A stretch of DNA of 64,000 nucleotides from an uncultured delta proteobacterium (GCA_963789265.1 CAWBKB010000001.1:2304001-2368000); one strand, 5' to 3'. Shown: positions 41,340 through 52,084, counted from the first letter of the stretch. The notes: generated by a model not told the origin, from the sequence alone. Numbers and translations are program-made.

Positions 41340-41771
41340 TCAGCTCTTATTTCTTGCCGTTTCCCTTTCGCCCTGCACAATCCTGCTCACGGTGGAGTAA
41401 TGGAGTCCCACAGATGCCGCGATCGCCTGCCGTAAAAAAAACCGATCCCAGGATGTTACTCGTTTCTCTTTTTCCAGCTTCTTTGTTTTGCGATCGAAGC
41501 TACTCCAGAACTGCCGTTCGCAATTCTCAATGCATGCCGCATAGGCATTGGCTTCTGGACTACGAGCCTCCCACGCGGGGTATGTCTCCCGGCAATCTCG
41601 CTCGCAAAGTTCACGGTCAGCGCCTTCGCCAAGAAGCCTAACACTTCTGTCCAGGGATTCGGCACCGAATCCGAGCAAGAATTCCGCAGGCTGCGCTTGA
41701 AGGCCGGATTCAACCCCGCAGAAGACCAACAGGGTTGCAGTTATCGACAACAGCAGAATTTTCCGAATCAT
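41340..41771 (-). CDS. Secreted hypothetical protein with CxxxC pairs; C-terminus runs into RAYT-tail repeat copy E
   Basis: Signal peptide; CERDC...CIENC; tail IAASVGLHYSTVSRIVQGERETARNKS. Confidence 0.65.
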   Translation of the reverse strand: MIRKILLLSITATLLVFCGVESGLQAQPAEFLLGFGAESLDRSVRLLGEGADRELCERDCRETYPAWEARSPEANAYAACIENCERQFWSSFDRKTKKLEKEKRVTSWDRFFLRQAIAASVGLHYSTVSRIVQGERETARNKS

Positions 41772-41878
41772 GATACCACCCCTTTGAAAGTTTAAATTTC
41801 ACAGACTTGTAATCGTCAGGTCGTGCAAAACAAATAAGCCGAAATTGCGTATGCCCCAATGTCATGTATCATTACACT

Positions 41879-44039
41879 TCAAGCTCCTTTCACGACTTTC
41901 CGAAACCTCCTGTAGGCATCGGGGGAAACAGACGTGAAACGAACAGTGGCCTCCCAACCGTCCTCCACCGCGGCTGCGGAAACCACTTTGGCATATACTG
42001 CCCCGGGCACTTCTGCCATTTCCTCGCTGAGAATAATAATTCTGATGTCCTCCCATTGGCCTATTGCAGACTCGAAAATCATCACCGCGGACGTCAGGGA
42101 TATATGAGTGATTATAGCAGTTGTACCGGCCCCTGCCAGGATTTTATGATTCAGTCGATACACTTTGACATTGATTTGGCTCTCGAGTGGAACAGGCGTC
42201 TCGTCCCTGTCCGGCAGATGCGCATCGTAAGGACCCTTGATACCGCGAATATCATACAAGGTTATCTTGCCCGGAACACCCTTCATTTCGACCTGAAGAA
42301 CGTTTCTGATATCAAGGAATTCCGCAAGCCTTTCATAAGTAGAGCTGCTGATCAAAACTTGGCCGCCGACCGTGAAAGATTCCATCCTGCCGGTGAAATT
42401 GACTTGCGAACCGACCGCGCCATATTTTGCCCGTTTCTCGGACCCTATGTTACCCACAACAACTGTGCCGGTATTCACAGCGACGCCCATGTCGAGCCGC
42501 GGAAGTCCGTCAGCTTCATTGAGAGAATTCACTTCGTCCATGGCCGCTTGCATCGTAAGAGCGCAGGCCACAGCGCGGGCCGGATGGTCCTCGAGCGACT
42601 CGGGGGCGCCAAAAAAGGCCAGGATTCCGTCGCCTATGATTTCGTCTATTGTACCCTGGTAGTCGATCAGGATTTCCACCATCTTGCCCAGGTAGCGGTT
42701 AAGAAAGGCCAGAACCTGCTGCGGGGGCATACTCGAGGTAAGTGCGGTAAACCCCCTGAGGTCGGACATTATCATTGTGATCTCACGGTTCTCGCCTCCG
42801 AGTCGCAACCCGTCTTTGGATTCGAGAAGTCGGTTTACCACTTCACGGGTCAGATATCGGCCGAAAGTATCTCTTATCCTGTCCCTTTCCTTCAGCCCGT
42901 GGGTCATACGCATAAATGATCGGGCAAGTTGCCCGACCTCGTCCTCGCTGTGGATATCCGACAGATCGATGTCCAGATTACCACGCGCGACCTGTTCCGT
43001 GGCCGCGGCCATCCTGCGCAGGGGCCGGGCAATGGACCGGGCAACCAGCCCGCTTACCGCCAGGAGTAGAATCAGGCCGCCTGCCGCCAGGAGCCCGGTC
43101 CTCCGGTGCAGGCTGTTCATCTGAGCCAATAGCTCATTTTTCGGGAAGACCACTCCCAAAGACCAGCCCGGTGACGGAATCCGGGCATAAGCCAGGTACG
43201 ACTCATCTCCGGTCAGCGCGGAACCGATGTTCATAAAGCCCGATTTTTTCCGTATCATGTCCAAACCCGCTGTACGCAACACTTTCGCGTGCCGCTCTTC
43301 CGCCAGGCTGAACATGGATTCGGACATTATTAATTTCGGGTCGGGATGAGTTACAAACGCTGCGGTGTCGGAGATTATGAAACAGTATCCTGTCCGGCCT
43401 CCATGTACGGTGGAGACCAGATCGGTGAGCCACTGGAGAGAAACATCTGCCGTGACAACGCCTCTCACCTTGGAGTCGCGGTCTTTTCCCTGTTCGAAAA
43501 ACGGCCGAGCGCAGGTGGTCATCACCACCCCTCCCCCGCCTTCATCGAAGTACGGCTCGGTCCAGACCGCAGCCCCGAGCACTTTCGGGAGATGGTACCA
43601 GTCCTTGGTAAAATAGTCGTACGATTCCGATCCGAGCTGCTCGTACTCGATCTCGTCCTTTCCCTTGTAGTAATAAGGTGCGAACCAGCGAAGCTTCGGA
43701 TCGAACGCATACGGCTCGAATGCCGCGGTAGATCCGTACACTACCTTGCTCTCCCGGACCAAGCGGCGGATGAGGCGCAATAAGGTCTCCTTGTCCGGAT
43801 TGCTAGTTTCCAGGTACAGCGGCCAGGGCCTTGGGTACCTCGCCCGCTGCGCGAAATTCCTGCTCTATCCTACGTGCAACCGACAAAGTCAGGCTTGTAG
43901 CGCTCTTTTCCGCTTGAGCGAGGATCATCCGACGGGAGTATGCATAGCTATAAGCAAGGGCCAGGGCAAAGACTGCGGAGGCGCCGCACAACACCAGCAC
44001 GGTTATCTTCAGACTGATGCTCTTGCGCAGCTTGATCAA
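41879..44039 (-). CDS. Membrane Cache-HAMP class III nucleotide cyclase (frameshift near 43800)
   Basis: TM plus Cache (WTEPYFDEGG), HAMP, SDLRGFT, IDEIIGDG, NIGSEKRAKYGAVGSQVNFTGR. Confidence 0.9.
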
Positions 44040-44203
44040 TGCTCCAGGCCCCGGTAAAAATCGTCCAATTTCAGAATGAACATGCTCTTCGGGACCAAGG
44101 ATTGCAAGAATTTTCAGGTCTCTGAGGCGCAAACAGCCATTCACTTGAGTGGAGCAGGCTTTCCAGCATGCTTTTTCTTAACTTGCCTGACGGCAGGCTG
44201 GAA

Positions 44204-44413
44204 GAAACTGTCTAAAAACATTTGAACCGCACGAAATCGTAACACGAAATCCCCTCACCCTGACCCTCTCCCAAAGGGCGAGGGGACTCCAATAGCCGCC
44301 TTGGTAAAACTCCCTCTCCTTGCGGGAGAGGGTTGGGGTGAGGGCAACAATTACACGGATGAGGCCCAATCGTGGCACGATTTTGGGCATCAAAATAGTT
44401 TTGAGACAATTTC
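44204..44413. mobile_element. MITE (copy of 19442-19650) inserted in a REP with GGAA duplication
   Basis: gaaactgtctaaaa...ttttgagacaatttc; ggaa on both sides within gcaggctggaaagcccgccccac. Confidence 0.8.
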
Positions 44414-44534
44414 GGAAAGCCCGCCCCACGTGAGCGAATGGTTACTCAATACTGAAGAAATTGGTTGTGGTCCGGGAATGCTCGTATTATGTTATTTGGT
44501 CATGCCATGCCTGTCGATCTCTGGAGGGTGCATA

Positions 44535-45713
44535 ATGCCCAAGTCTTCTAGGGCTCTAGTCGTCGCCTTGGCTGTTTCGTCTTTGTGCGTAGTTTCGGCT
44601 TGTAAGGAAGAGCCGCGCAAAAAGGTGGCTCATCCGCCTGATGTTACGGTAACACAGCCCATCCAGCGAGAGGTGACCAGGTACCTGGAATACACAGGGA
44701 CTACCGCTGCACTCGAATCTGTTGACATCAGGGCCAGGGTTCCGGGCTTTTTGGAGAAAATTCAGTTTAAGCCCAGAGCAAAGGTGAAAGCGGGGGACCC
44801 TCTGTTTGTTATTGATCCGAGGCAGTATGCAGCAGCCGTCAAACAATCCGAGGCCAAACTGAAAGCTCAAAAGGCCGGGTACAAGCTAGCCCAGACTGAG
44901 CTCGCCATCAACCGGCAACTGGAGAGTAGAGAGGCGATCAGCGGCCTGAAACTCGAAAAGAAAGCTGCCGAGCGAGACGTTGCGGCGGCCGACGTGGAGC
45001 TTGCCGAAGCTGCATTGGAAGATGCAAAGCTGAAGCTGGAATGGTGCTACGTCACATCTCCCATTGACGGTCATGTAAGTCGCAACCTTGTGGATGTAGG
45101 CAATCTTGTTGGGGACGTAGAGAAGACGTTGTTGACCACGGTGGTCGACGACGCGTCCATATACGCCTATTTCAACGTGAGCGAGGCGGACCTTCTGCCG
45201 ATCTTGCGAGAGCGTGCCAAGAAAGGCGAGAAATGGTCACAGACGCCGCGGGTTCCGGTTTATATGGGGCTGGCCGATGAGACAGGTTATCCTCATGAAG
45301 GATATGTAGATTTTGCAGACACCAAAGTAACCGCTCAAACAGGGACCATCCAGGTTAGGGGCATATTCCCCAATCCTGATGGCTTGTTAATGTCCGGATT
45401 GTTCGTTCGGGTTCGTGTTCCGCTGGAGAAGCGGAAAGCCTTACTCGTACCGGATGTTGCAGTGCAATTCGATCAGGGCGGTAGATATGTCCTGGTTGCC
45501 GATGACAACAACGTAGTTCAGCAAAAGCGTATTAAGATTGGTGGGATATCCGAAGGGCTGCGGGTTGTCGAGAATGGCCTCACGCCCAAGGATAGGGTGA
45601 TTATTGCCGGCGTGCAACGGGCCCGACTCGGCGCCAAGGTCAATCCGACTGTAAGTCATCCCGCGGTTCCACAGGACGACACATCGGTACAGGGAAAGTC
45701 ACGAGAAAAGTAA
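44535..45713 (+). CDS. RND efflux periplasmic adaptor (lipoprotein)
   Basis: VSAC lipobox, DIRARVPG, LFVIDPR, SPIDG, GNLV. Confidence 0.93.
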   Translation: MPKSSRALVVALAVSSLCVVSACKEEPRKKVAHPPDVTVTQPIQREVTRYLEYTGTTAALESVDIRARVPGFLEKIQFKPRAKVKAGDPLFVIDPRQYAAAVKQSEAKLKAQKAGYKLAQTELAINRQLESREAISGLKLEKKAAERDVAAADVELAEAALEDAKLKLEWCYVTSPIDGHVSRNLVDVGNLVGDVEKTLLTTVVDDASIYAYFNVSEADLLPILRERAKKGEKWSQTPRVPVYMGLADETGYPHEGYVDFADTKVTAQTGTIQVRGIFPNPDGLLMSGLFVRVRVPLEKRKALLVPDVAVQFDQGGRYVLVADDNNVVQQKRIKIGGISEGLRVVENGLTPKDRVIIAGVQRARLGAKVNPTVSHPAVPQDDTSVQGKSREK

Positions 45714-45728
45714 ACGGGGGCAATACGG

Positions 45729-48700
45729 ATGTTCAGCCGCTTTTTCATTGATCGGCCGGTTCTTGCCTCCGTGATCTCCATACTGATCATGGTCGCGGGC
45801 GGAGTTGCAATTCTTGCTCTGCCTGTTTCCCAATTTCCGGAAATAACTCCCCCTACGGTCCAGGTAACGGCATCTTATCCCGGCGCGGATCCGAAAGTGG
45901 TTGCCGACACGGTCGCGGCGCCTATCGAGCAACAAGTCAATGGCGTCGAGAACATGATCTATATGTCCAGCACGTGCGCTCGAGACGGATCTTACACCCT
46001 GCGTATCACATTTGAACTGGGAACCAACGTCGACATGGCAACCGTACTGGTGCAAAACCGCGTAGCGTGGGCCATGGCACAACTGCCCCCGGAAGTTCAA
46101 CGACAGGGCGTAACCACCAAGAAAGCCTCCACGTCTTTTGTCACGGTCCTGTGTCTTTATTCACCTGACGGTAGGTACAACGATTTGTTCCTTACGAATT
46201 ACGTGAACACGACCATAAAGGATCAATTGAGCCGCCTCCACGGGGTTGGGGACCTAACCATATTCCCTTCCAAAGACTATAGCATGCGCATCTGGCTCAA
46301 CCCGAACAAACTTCAGTACAACAGTTTGACAACCAACGACGTCGTCAATGCCCTTAAGAATCAAAACGTTCAGGTGGCAGCCGGTCGCATCGGCCAGGAA
46401 CCTGCCCCTAAAGGCCAAGTACTGGACCTTCCGGTAAACACCCTCGGTCGTTTGACCGACGTGCAACAGTTTAAAGACATCATCGTCAAGACTGGACAAG
46501 GCGATAGCGTTGTACGCGTCAAGGACGTAGCGCGGGTGGATCTAGGCGCAAAAAGCTACGACACCCTCTCGTACTACAACGGAGTGCCGGCAGTTACAAT
46601 GATCGCTTATCAGACGCCCGGCTCCAACGCTCTGCAGGTGGCCGATGAGGTCCAGCAGACTATGGAGAAGCTTAAGAAGGATTTCCCCAAGGGCGTGGAC
46701 TACAAGATCGTGTACGAAACCTCGGATTTCGTGAGAGCGTCCATCCGAGAGGTGGTGATAACCCTTATCGAGGCATTCATCCTCGTTTTCCTCGTAGTGT
46801 TCATTTTTCTGGGAGACTGGCGAGCTACCCTGGTGCCTGCCACGACCATTCCCGTGTCAATTATAGGCGCTTTTTCCCTCATGTACCTGCTCGGCTTTTC
46901 CATCAACATGATAACGCTGTTCGGCATGATCCTTGCCATTGGGATAGTGGTTGACGACGCTATAGTAGTGGTAGAAAACGTGGACCGCAACATGAGGCAG
47001 TATGGATTGAGTCCCAAAGAAGCCTCCATTCGCGCCATGGACGAAATCACCGGCGCCATTATCGGCATTACTTTGGTTCTCATGGCCGTGTTCTTACCGG
47101 CTGCATTTCTTGGCGGAATCACCGGTCAGCTATATCGCCAATTCTCATTGACCATTGCGGTTACTACACTGCTCAGCGCTGTCAACGCCCTGACGCTGAA
47201 ACCCGTCCAGTGCTCGTTGTGGCTCCGTCCTAACGAGGGGAAAAAGGCCGCGTTCTTTGCCGGGTTTGACGCGGTTTTCGATAGGATAACCGTCACTTAC
47301 ACAAAAGTAGTGGCTTTCCTGGTACGTCACGTTGCCCTCATGTTGATCCTGTGGGCCGTTGCCATGGGCATAACGTACTTCGCGTTCACCAAGGTTCCCA
47401 CCGGATTCTTGCCGCCCGAGGATGACGGTCTCATTCTGCTCAATGCCCAGCTTCCCGATGGAGCCTCTCTCCAGCGTACAGATGCCGTTATGAAGCGGGT
47501 CGGGGACATTCTCAAATCCACTGACGGCATTGCTCACTTTGCCGTTCTCCCGGGCTCTTCGATCCTTGACGGCATTGCCCCGAGTCTGGGAAGCGGCTTT
47601 GCTGCTCTGAAACCGTGGGACGAGCGTCTGAAAAAAGGGCGAACCAAGCAAGTTATTATGGCTGAGTTGGCTCGGAAGTTTTCGCACATCCAGGAAGCTA
47701 TCGTGTTCCCGTTTTCCCTTCCCCCTATAACGGGGGTCGGCCAAAGCAGCGGGTTCGAGCTATGGCTGGAGGACAGGGGCGGGGTCGGCCTCCAGAGGAT
47801 GGGCAAAGTCGCGGGCGAATTGATAAGAGAGGCCAATTCCAACGAGGCGTTGCGCACGGTGAATACCACGTTCAGAGCCGGAGTGCCCGCGATTTTCGCG
47901 GACGTTGACCGTGTCAAAGCACTCAGCCTCAAAATCCCGATACAGTCGGTTTTCGACACCTTGCAAGCGTACCTTGGGTCGACTTATGTCAACGACTTCA
48001 ACGAATTCGGCCGCACATGGCAGGTCAAGGTCCAGGCAGATGCCAAATATCGCGTGGACCCGAAGGACATAGCTCAGCTTCAAGTGAGGAATCTGAAGGG
48101 GGAAATGGTCCCACTGGGCACACTGGTCAAGGTGGATCATTCGCTGACCCCTCTGCGTATAGACCGCTATAACATGTTTCCTGCCGTCCGGTTGTTGGGC
48201 GAGGGAGCCCCAGGGGTAAGTTCAGGCCAAGCGCTTCAGACCATGGAGAATCTGGCAGCGGAGATTCTACCCCCGGGCACCGGCTATGAATGGACCGGCA
48301 TGGCCTACCAGGAAAAGAAGGTTGGCAGCCAGGTGATTATGGTCCTGGCGATGGCGGTTCTGGTCGTAGTATTGATCCTGGCAGCGCTGTACGAGAGCTG
48401 GATCGACCCGATAGCAGTGGTGACCATCGTTCCGTTAGCGGTCCTGGGGGCAATCATCGGCCTGACCCTACGAGGAATGGACAACAATCTTTACACGCAG
48501 GTCGGTCTGGTGTTACTGGTTGGTTTATCGGCCAAAAACGCAATTCTAGTGGTGGAATTTGCCAGGGAGAGAGAGGCCGAAGGAAAGTCAGCTCTGGTAG
48601 CCGCTGTAGAGGGCGCGAAGCTACGTTTCAGAGCCATTATCATGACATCGTTTGCCTTCATTGTCGGAGTTTCACCGCTGGTTATTGCCACCGGGGCCGG

Positions 48701-48866
48701 GGCTGCGAGCCGACAGGCTGTCGGCACGGCGGTCTGCTTCGGGATGCTTGGAGTAACCATGCTTGGAGTTTTCTTCACGCCGCCGATGTACGTGCTTATG
48801 CAGAAGTTCAAAAGAACACGCACAAAGGAAACCGAGTCCGGAAGCAAACAGCGGATAGACACGTGA
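45729..48866 (+). CDS. RND efflux permease (HAE1 family)
   Basis: MFSRFFIDRPV, GIVVDDAIVVVENV, KNAILVVEFA, RFRAIIMTS. Confidence 0.96.
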   Translation: MFSRFFIDRPVLASVISILIMVAGGVAILALPVSQFPEITPPTVQVTASYPGADPKVVADTVAAPIEQQVNGVENMIYMSSTCARDGSYTLRITFELGTNVDMATVLVQNRVAWAMAQLPPEVQRQGVTTKKASTSFVTVLCLYSPDGRYNDLFLTNYVNTTIKDQLSRLHGVGDLTIFPSKDYSMRIWLNPNKLQYNSLTTNDVVNALKNQNVQVAAGRIGQEPAPKGQVLDLPVNTLGRLTDVQQFKDIIVKTGQGDSVVRVKDVARVDLGAKSYDTLSYYNGVPAVTMIAYQTPGSNALQVADEVQQTMEKLKKDFPKGVDYKIVYETSDFVRASIREVVITLIEAFILVFLVVFIFLGDWRATLVPATTIPVSIIGAFSLMYLLGFSINMITLFGMILAIGIVVDDAIVVVENVDRNMRQYGLSPKEASIRAMDEITGAIIGITLVLMAVFLPAAFLGGITGQLYRQFSLTIAVTTLLSAVNALTLKPVQCSLWLRPNEGKKAAFFAGFDAVFDRITVTYTKVVAFLVRHVALMLILWAVAMGITYFAFTKVPTGFLPPEDDGLILLNAQLPDGASLQRTDAVMKRVGDILKSTDGIAHFAVLPGSSILDGIAPSLGSGFAALKPWDERLKKGRTKQVIMAELARKFSHIQEAIVFPFSLPPITGVGQSSGFELWLEDRGGVGLQRMGKVAGELIREANSNEALRTVNTTFRAGVPAIFADVDRVKALSLKIPIQSVFDTLQAYLGSTYVNDFNEFGRTWQVKVQADAKYRVDPKDIAQLQVRNLKGEMVPLGTLVKVDHSLTPLRIDRYNMFPAVRLLGEGAPGVSSGQALQTMENLAAEILPPGTGYEWTGMAYQEKKVGSQVIMVLAMAVLVVVLILAALYESWIDPIAVVTIVPLAVLGAIIGLTLRGMDNNLYTQVGLVLLVGLSAKNAILVVEFAREREAEGKSALVAAVEGAKLRFRAIIMTSFAFIVGVSPLVIATGAGAASRQAVGTAVCFGMLGVTMLGVFFTPPMYVLMQKFKRTRTKETESGSKQRIDT

Positions 48867-48915
48867 TTTGTCGCTTAGTACTCCATTTCCCAAATACGGC
48901 ATCTTGTTTCGGGCC

Positions 48916-48986
48916 GGGTGCCACTGCTGGCTTGTCCAGCAGTGACTGCTGGAAGAACACTGCTGGGCAAGCCAGCAGTGGCACCC
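48916..48986. repeat. Inverted REP pair (GGGTGCCACTGCTGG family)
   Basis: gggtgccactgctggcttgtccagcagtg...cactgctgggcaagccagcagtggcaccc. Confidence 0.8.
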
Positions 48987-49060
48987 CAACACGCGACCGT
49001 ATTTCCGCAATGCAGTACGTTAGAAAGCAAACAATTGCGAGACTTTTACCCGAAAAGAGG

Positions 49061-49477
49061 ATGTTCATGAAAAGACTGGCATTATGCCTAATATTGGGAA
49101 TTTTCTGTACCGCAACAGTGTCTTTAGCCGGGGCTCAGCAAAGCACGGGCAAGGCAAAATCCGCTTCCAAGGGCTTGCCTACGGAAGTGTGCAAAGCAAT
49201 AGAACAATTTGTAGCCCAAATAGACTCAGCTCGTTCGATCACCGAGAAATCAAGCCGTGAGAAGAAATACAATCAGGCCCAAGAACAGCTTGCTGCGGTA
49301 CTGACAAAGTACGGCAAATCTGCTATGTTAAGCGAAGCCTCGCAGTACGTGCTGTACACCGAACTCGTGGTCAGCGGAGATGCAAAGGATGCAAACTTGG
49401 ACCAACTTATCGACCAACGCCTGAAGAAGCGCACCTCACTTTTAGAAATGTGTTCGACTTATACCACCACACGCTAG
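49061..49477 (+). CDS. Secreted hypothetical protein
   Basis: MKRLALCLILGIFCTATVSLAGA signal peptide; SD gagg. Confidence 0.7.
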   Translation: MFMKRLALCLILGIFCTATVSLAGAQQSTGKAKSASKGLPTEVCKAIEQFVAQIDSARSITEKSSREKKYNQAQEQLAAVLTKYGKSAMLSEASQYVLYTELVVSGDAKDANLDQLIDQRLKKRTSLLEMCSTYTTTR

Positions 49478-49498
49478 TGTCACGTCCCGGAAATGAAA

Positions 49499-49936
49499 CT
49501 ACGCATGGTTGGCCGGAGGGATCGCCTGGATCCAAGATCTAACCTTTTCTTTAATGTTATCTCTGATATCCCTAAACTTATTGAGCTTCTCCTCCTCGGA
49601 CCCTTTGAAAGCAGCCGGATCTTCGAACGGCCAATCCAACCTCACGTTCGAACCAGGAAAAATCGGGCATTCCCCCTCTGCCTTCATGCACACCGTTATC
49701 ACGTATCCAAAATGAGTTCTGCCAAGGAACTGCTTCAAACCTTTAGCCTGATGGCCGCTCATGTCAAACCCAATCTCTTCCATTACCCGCCTGGCAAAAG
49801 GATTAAGTTCTGTAGCCTCAAAACCGGCGCTGTAGGCTTCGAAGCGATCTCCGGCATACTTTCTCAAAAAGGCTTCAGCCATCTGGCTTCTCGCAGAATT
49901 GTGCGTGCACAGAAACATGACTTTCGGTTTGCTCAT
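49499..49936 (-). CDS. arsC: Arsenate reductase, LMW-PTP type
   Basis: CTHNSARSQMAE, ITVC.....CP, WPFEDP. Confidence 0.88.
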   Translation of the reverse strand: MSKPKVMFLCTHNSARSQMAEAFLRKYAGDRFEAYSAGFEATELNPFARRVMEEIGFDMSGHQAKGLKQFLGRTHFGYVITVCMKAEGECPIFPGSNVRLDWPFEDPAAFKGSEEEKLNKFRDIRDNIKEKVRSWIQAIPPANHA

Positions 49937-49978
49937 TTTTCTTACCTCTCGATTATGTGTTTCACTAATTCAACTCTC

Positions 49979-50170
49979 TAACACCAGTGCGCGACCAAAT
50001 GGTGAACAATCTAGGAAATAGAGCACGGATCTGACAAAGCCCAGATCCGTGGCACCCAGGACCCGATCTTGACGGAAGTTGGGTGCCACTGACCTGAGCA
50101 CCATCATGGCGCCAGGTCAGTGCCGTTTTAGATCGGCCGATTCTCACTTTTTTGAAAGCGAATCGGTATA
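49979..50170. mobile_element. MITE-like repeat (inverted copy at 58448-58659)
   Basis: Shared gcacggatctgacaaagc and gggtgccactgacctgag...caggtcagtgc core; end ttgaaagcgaatcggtata similar to 1897-1926; left end degenerate. Confidence 0.7.
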
Positions 50171-50190
50171 AAACGACCTCTCCGCCTATT

Positions 50191-51558
50191 TTACGGGGCC
50201 GACGTGTCGTGCTCTCTCCTAACCCAGGCTTGAGCCGCCATCTGAATAGGGTCCCAAGGACTGCTCAAAGGCGGCGTATAACTGAGATCAAGATCGCTCA
50301 ATTGTTCGACCGTCATGTCACTGAAAATAGCCGCGGCAATTATGTCGATTCGCTTGGATACCTCGGATTTGCGGTGTCCGAGCATCTGAGCGCCGAGGAG
50401 ACGTTGAGACTTTCGGTCCCCCGTAATTCGAATTATCATCCTTTCAGCGCCGGGGTAATACACCTTGTGATCCCATGTTTCGAATTGATCGGTGAAAGCA
50501 TCAAATCCGGCTTCCTTAGCTTCAATATCGCGAAGGCCCGTCCGAGCGGCCACGAGATCGAAAATCTTAACAGCCTGCGTGCCGAGAGAACCAGCAAATT
50601 CACGATTGCCGCCGATCGTATTTTCTCCGGCTACACGCCCCTGTTTGTGAGCCGTGGTTCCCAGCGGTAGATAGGTGAATTTATTCAGCAAGTGGTGCCA
50701 TGTTTCCACACAGTCTCCGGCAGCATATATGTCCGGCACGCTGCTTTGCATGAGGCGATTCACCTTTATGGCGCCCTTTATCCCTGTTTGAATTCCCGTA
50801 TCTGCAACCAGCGCCGTACACGGTCGGCAGCCTACGGCAACGAGCACCAAGTCAGCCTGAAAGCTGAATCCTTTGGCTCCTCTAACGGTAAGGCTTTTCT
50901 CTTCAGCTTGGATTGACTCTATTCCTACGCCGGTAACTACGCTGACCCCGTGTCGTTCCAGCTCTTCCGCGACCTTCTCACTTAGAGGCTTGTCAACGGT
51001 GGTGAGAACGGTGTCTGCAAACTCTACAACGGTCACCGAGAGACCGCGCAGAGACAGGGCGTCGGCCATTTCCATTCCAATGTAGCCGCCGCCCACGATA
51101 AGGGCTGATTGCGGCTTGTGTCCGGTGAGCCACTCGTGCACTGCGAAGCTGTCATCCATCCACCGCAGAAGAAAAACCCCCGGCAGATCTATGCCCTTTA
51201 TTTCAGGTTTGATCGATTCCGCGCCGATCCCAATGACCAGTCGATCGTATTGCAATTCTTTAGTTCGACCTTCCGGACCGACAACCCGGACGATCTTCCT
51301 CCGGACGTCAATTGCTTCGGCACGGTGGTTCAGGAGTATTCGAATGCCCGCCTGCTCGATTTCCGCCTTGGTTCTGTGGGCGAGAGATCTCCAATCAGAG
51401 ACTTCTCCGCTCAAAAAGAAAGGAAGGCCGCAAATGCTAAAATTCGGGTAACTGTCCGCAACTATGAGGGTGGTTTCAACGGAGGAATCCAGCTCGCGTG
51501 CCCTAAGAGCCGCGCTGATTCCTGCATCGCTTCCACCAATGATGACCAGATGTGCCAT
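50191..51558 (-). CDS. CoA-disulfide reductase / NADH oxidase family flavoprotein
   Basis: IIGGSDAG, NFSICGLP redox Cys, VGGGYIG, YAAGDC, LSYTPP. Confidence 0.9.
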   Translation of the reverse strand: MAHLVIIGGSDAGISAALRARELDSSVETTLIVADSYPNFSICGLPFFLSGEVSDWRSLAHRTKAEIEQAGIRILLNHRAEAIDVRRKIVRVVGPEGRTKELQYDRLVIGIGAESIKPEIKGIDLPGVFLLRWMDDSFAVHEWLTGHKPQSALIVGGGYIGMEMADALSLRGLSVTVVEFADTVLTTVDKPLSEKVAEELERHGVSVVTGVGIESIQAEEKSLTVRGAKGFSFQADLVLVAVGCRPCTALVADTGIQTGIKGAIKVNRLMQSSVPDIYAAGDCVETWHHLLNKFTYLPLGTTAHKQGRVAGENTIGGNREFAGSLGTQAVKIFDLVAARTGLRDIEAKEAGFDAFTDQFETWDHKVYYPGAERMIIRITGDRKSQRLLGAQMLGHRKSEVSKRIDIIAAAIFSDMTVEQLSDLDLSYTPPLSSPWDPIQMAAQAWVRREHDTSAP

Positions 51559-51826
51559 TACGGCTCTCCCTGATTCATCCGCTCCGGAACAAACAAGCTT
51601 GCTTCGAGGCCGCAGCATTCCTGTAAGGATTGCCTCAAAATCATCCTAAAATATTTTGGTTAGTTTTTCGTTAATTGAATTGTGTGAGAGAAGACTTTTC
51701 GCGGATGTGGAGTTATCGAAGGCCGATCAGCCTACCTTCCTAGGGACAACGGGCAGGCTGATTGGCCCTGAGACGACCGTTTTGGCGACAAAGGGTTGGC
51801 CGAAAACGAACCAATGAGTGAGCGGT

Positions 51827-52084
51827 CTATTTCGCTTGGGGTTTCGTCTTTGATGACCGCTTCGGCGGCTTGAACCGCATGGGCTGGGCTCGATATTGAG
51901 TCTGATACCCATAGCCAAGACCGTATCCACCATAAATAGAGGGGTTCGCATAATATCCATTCGATTGCCCTATGCCTGTGCAAGCGCCCCCGCAAGCGCA
52001 GCCGGCTTCGGATACGGAAGGCATGGCCATCAAGGCCAGTGCCCCAAAGGCTACAAATGGAATGATAAGTTTAAAGATGCGCAT
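51827..52084 (-). CDS. Small secreted Cys/Gly/Tyr-rich protein
   Basis: SD aaggag; signal peptide then GCACGGAC. Confidence 0.65.
   Translation of the reverse strand: MRIFKLIIPFVAFGALALMAMPSVSEAGCACGGACTGIGQSNGYYANPSIYGGYGLGYGYQTQYRAQPMRFKPPKRSSKTKPQAK

Noticed and set aside
33300..41452. Repeats read as a CRISPR array or classical integron attC array
   Set aside because: Units are about 118 bp, irregularly spaced and up to kilobases apart; no cas or intI gene, and no clear attC RYYYAAC/GTTRRRY ends were seen
48290..49060. 5' part of the 395-aa ORF 48290-49477
   Set aside because: Overlaps the RND gene out of frame and crosses a REP; only the signal-peptide-bearing part from 49061 is credible
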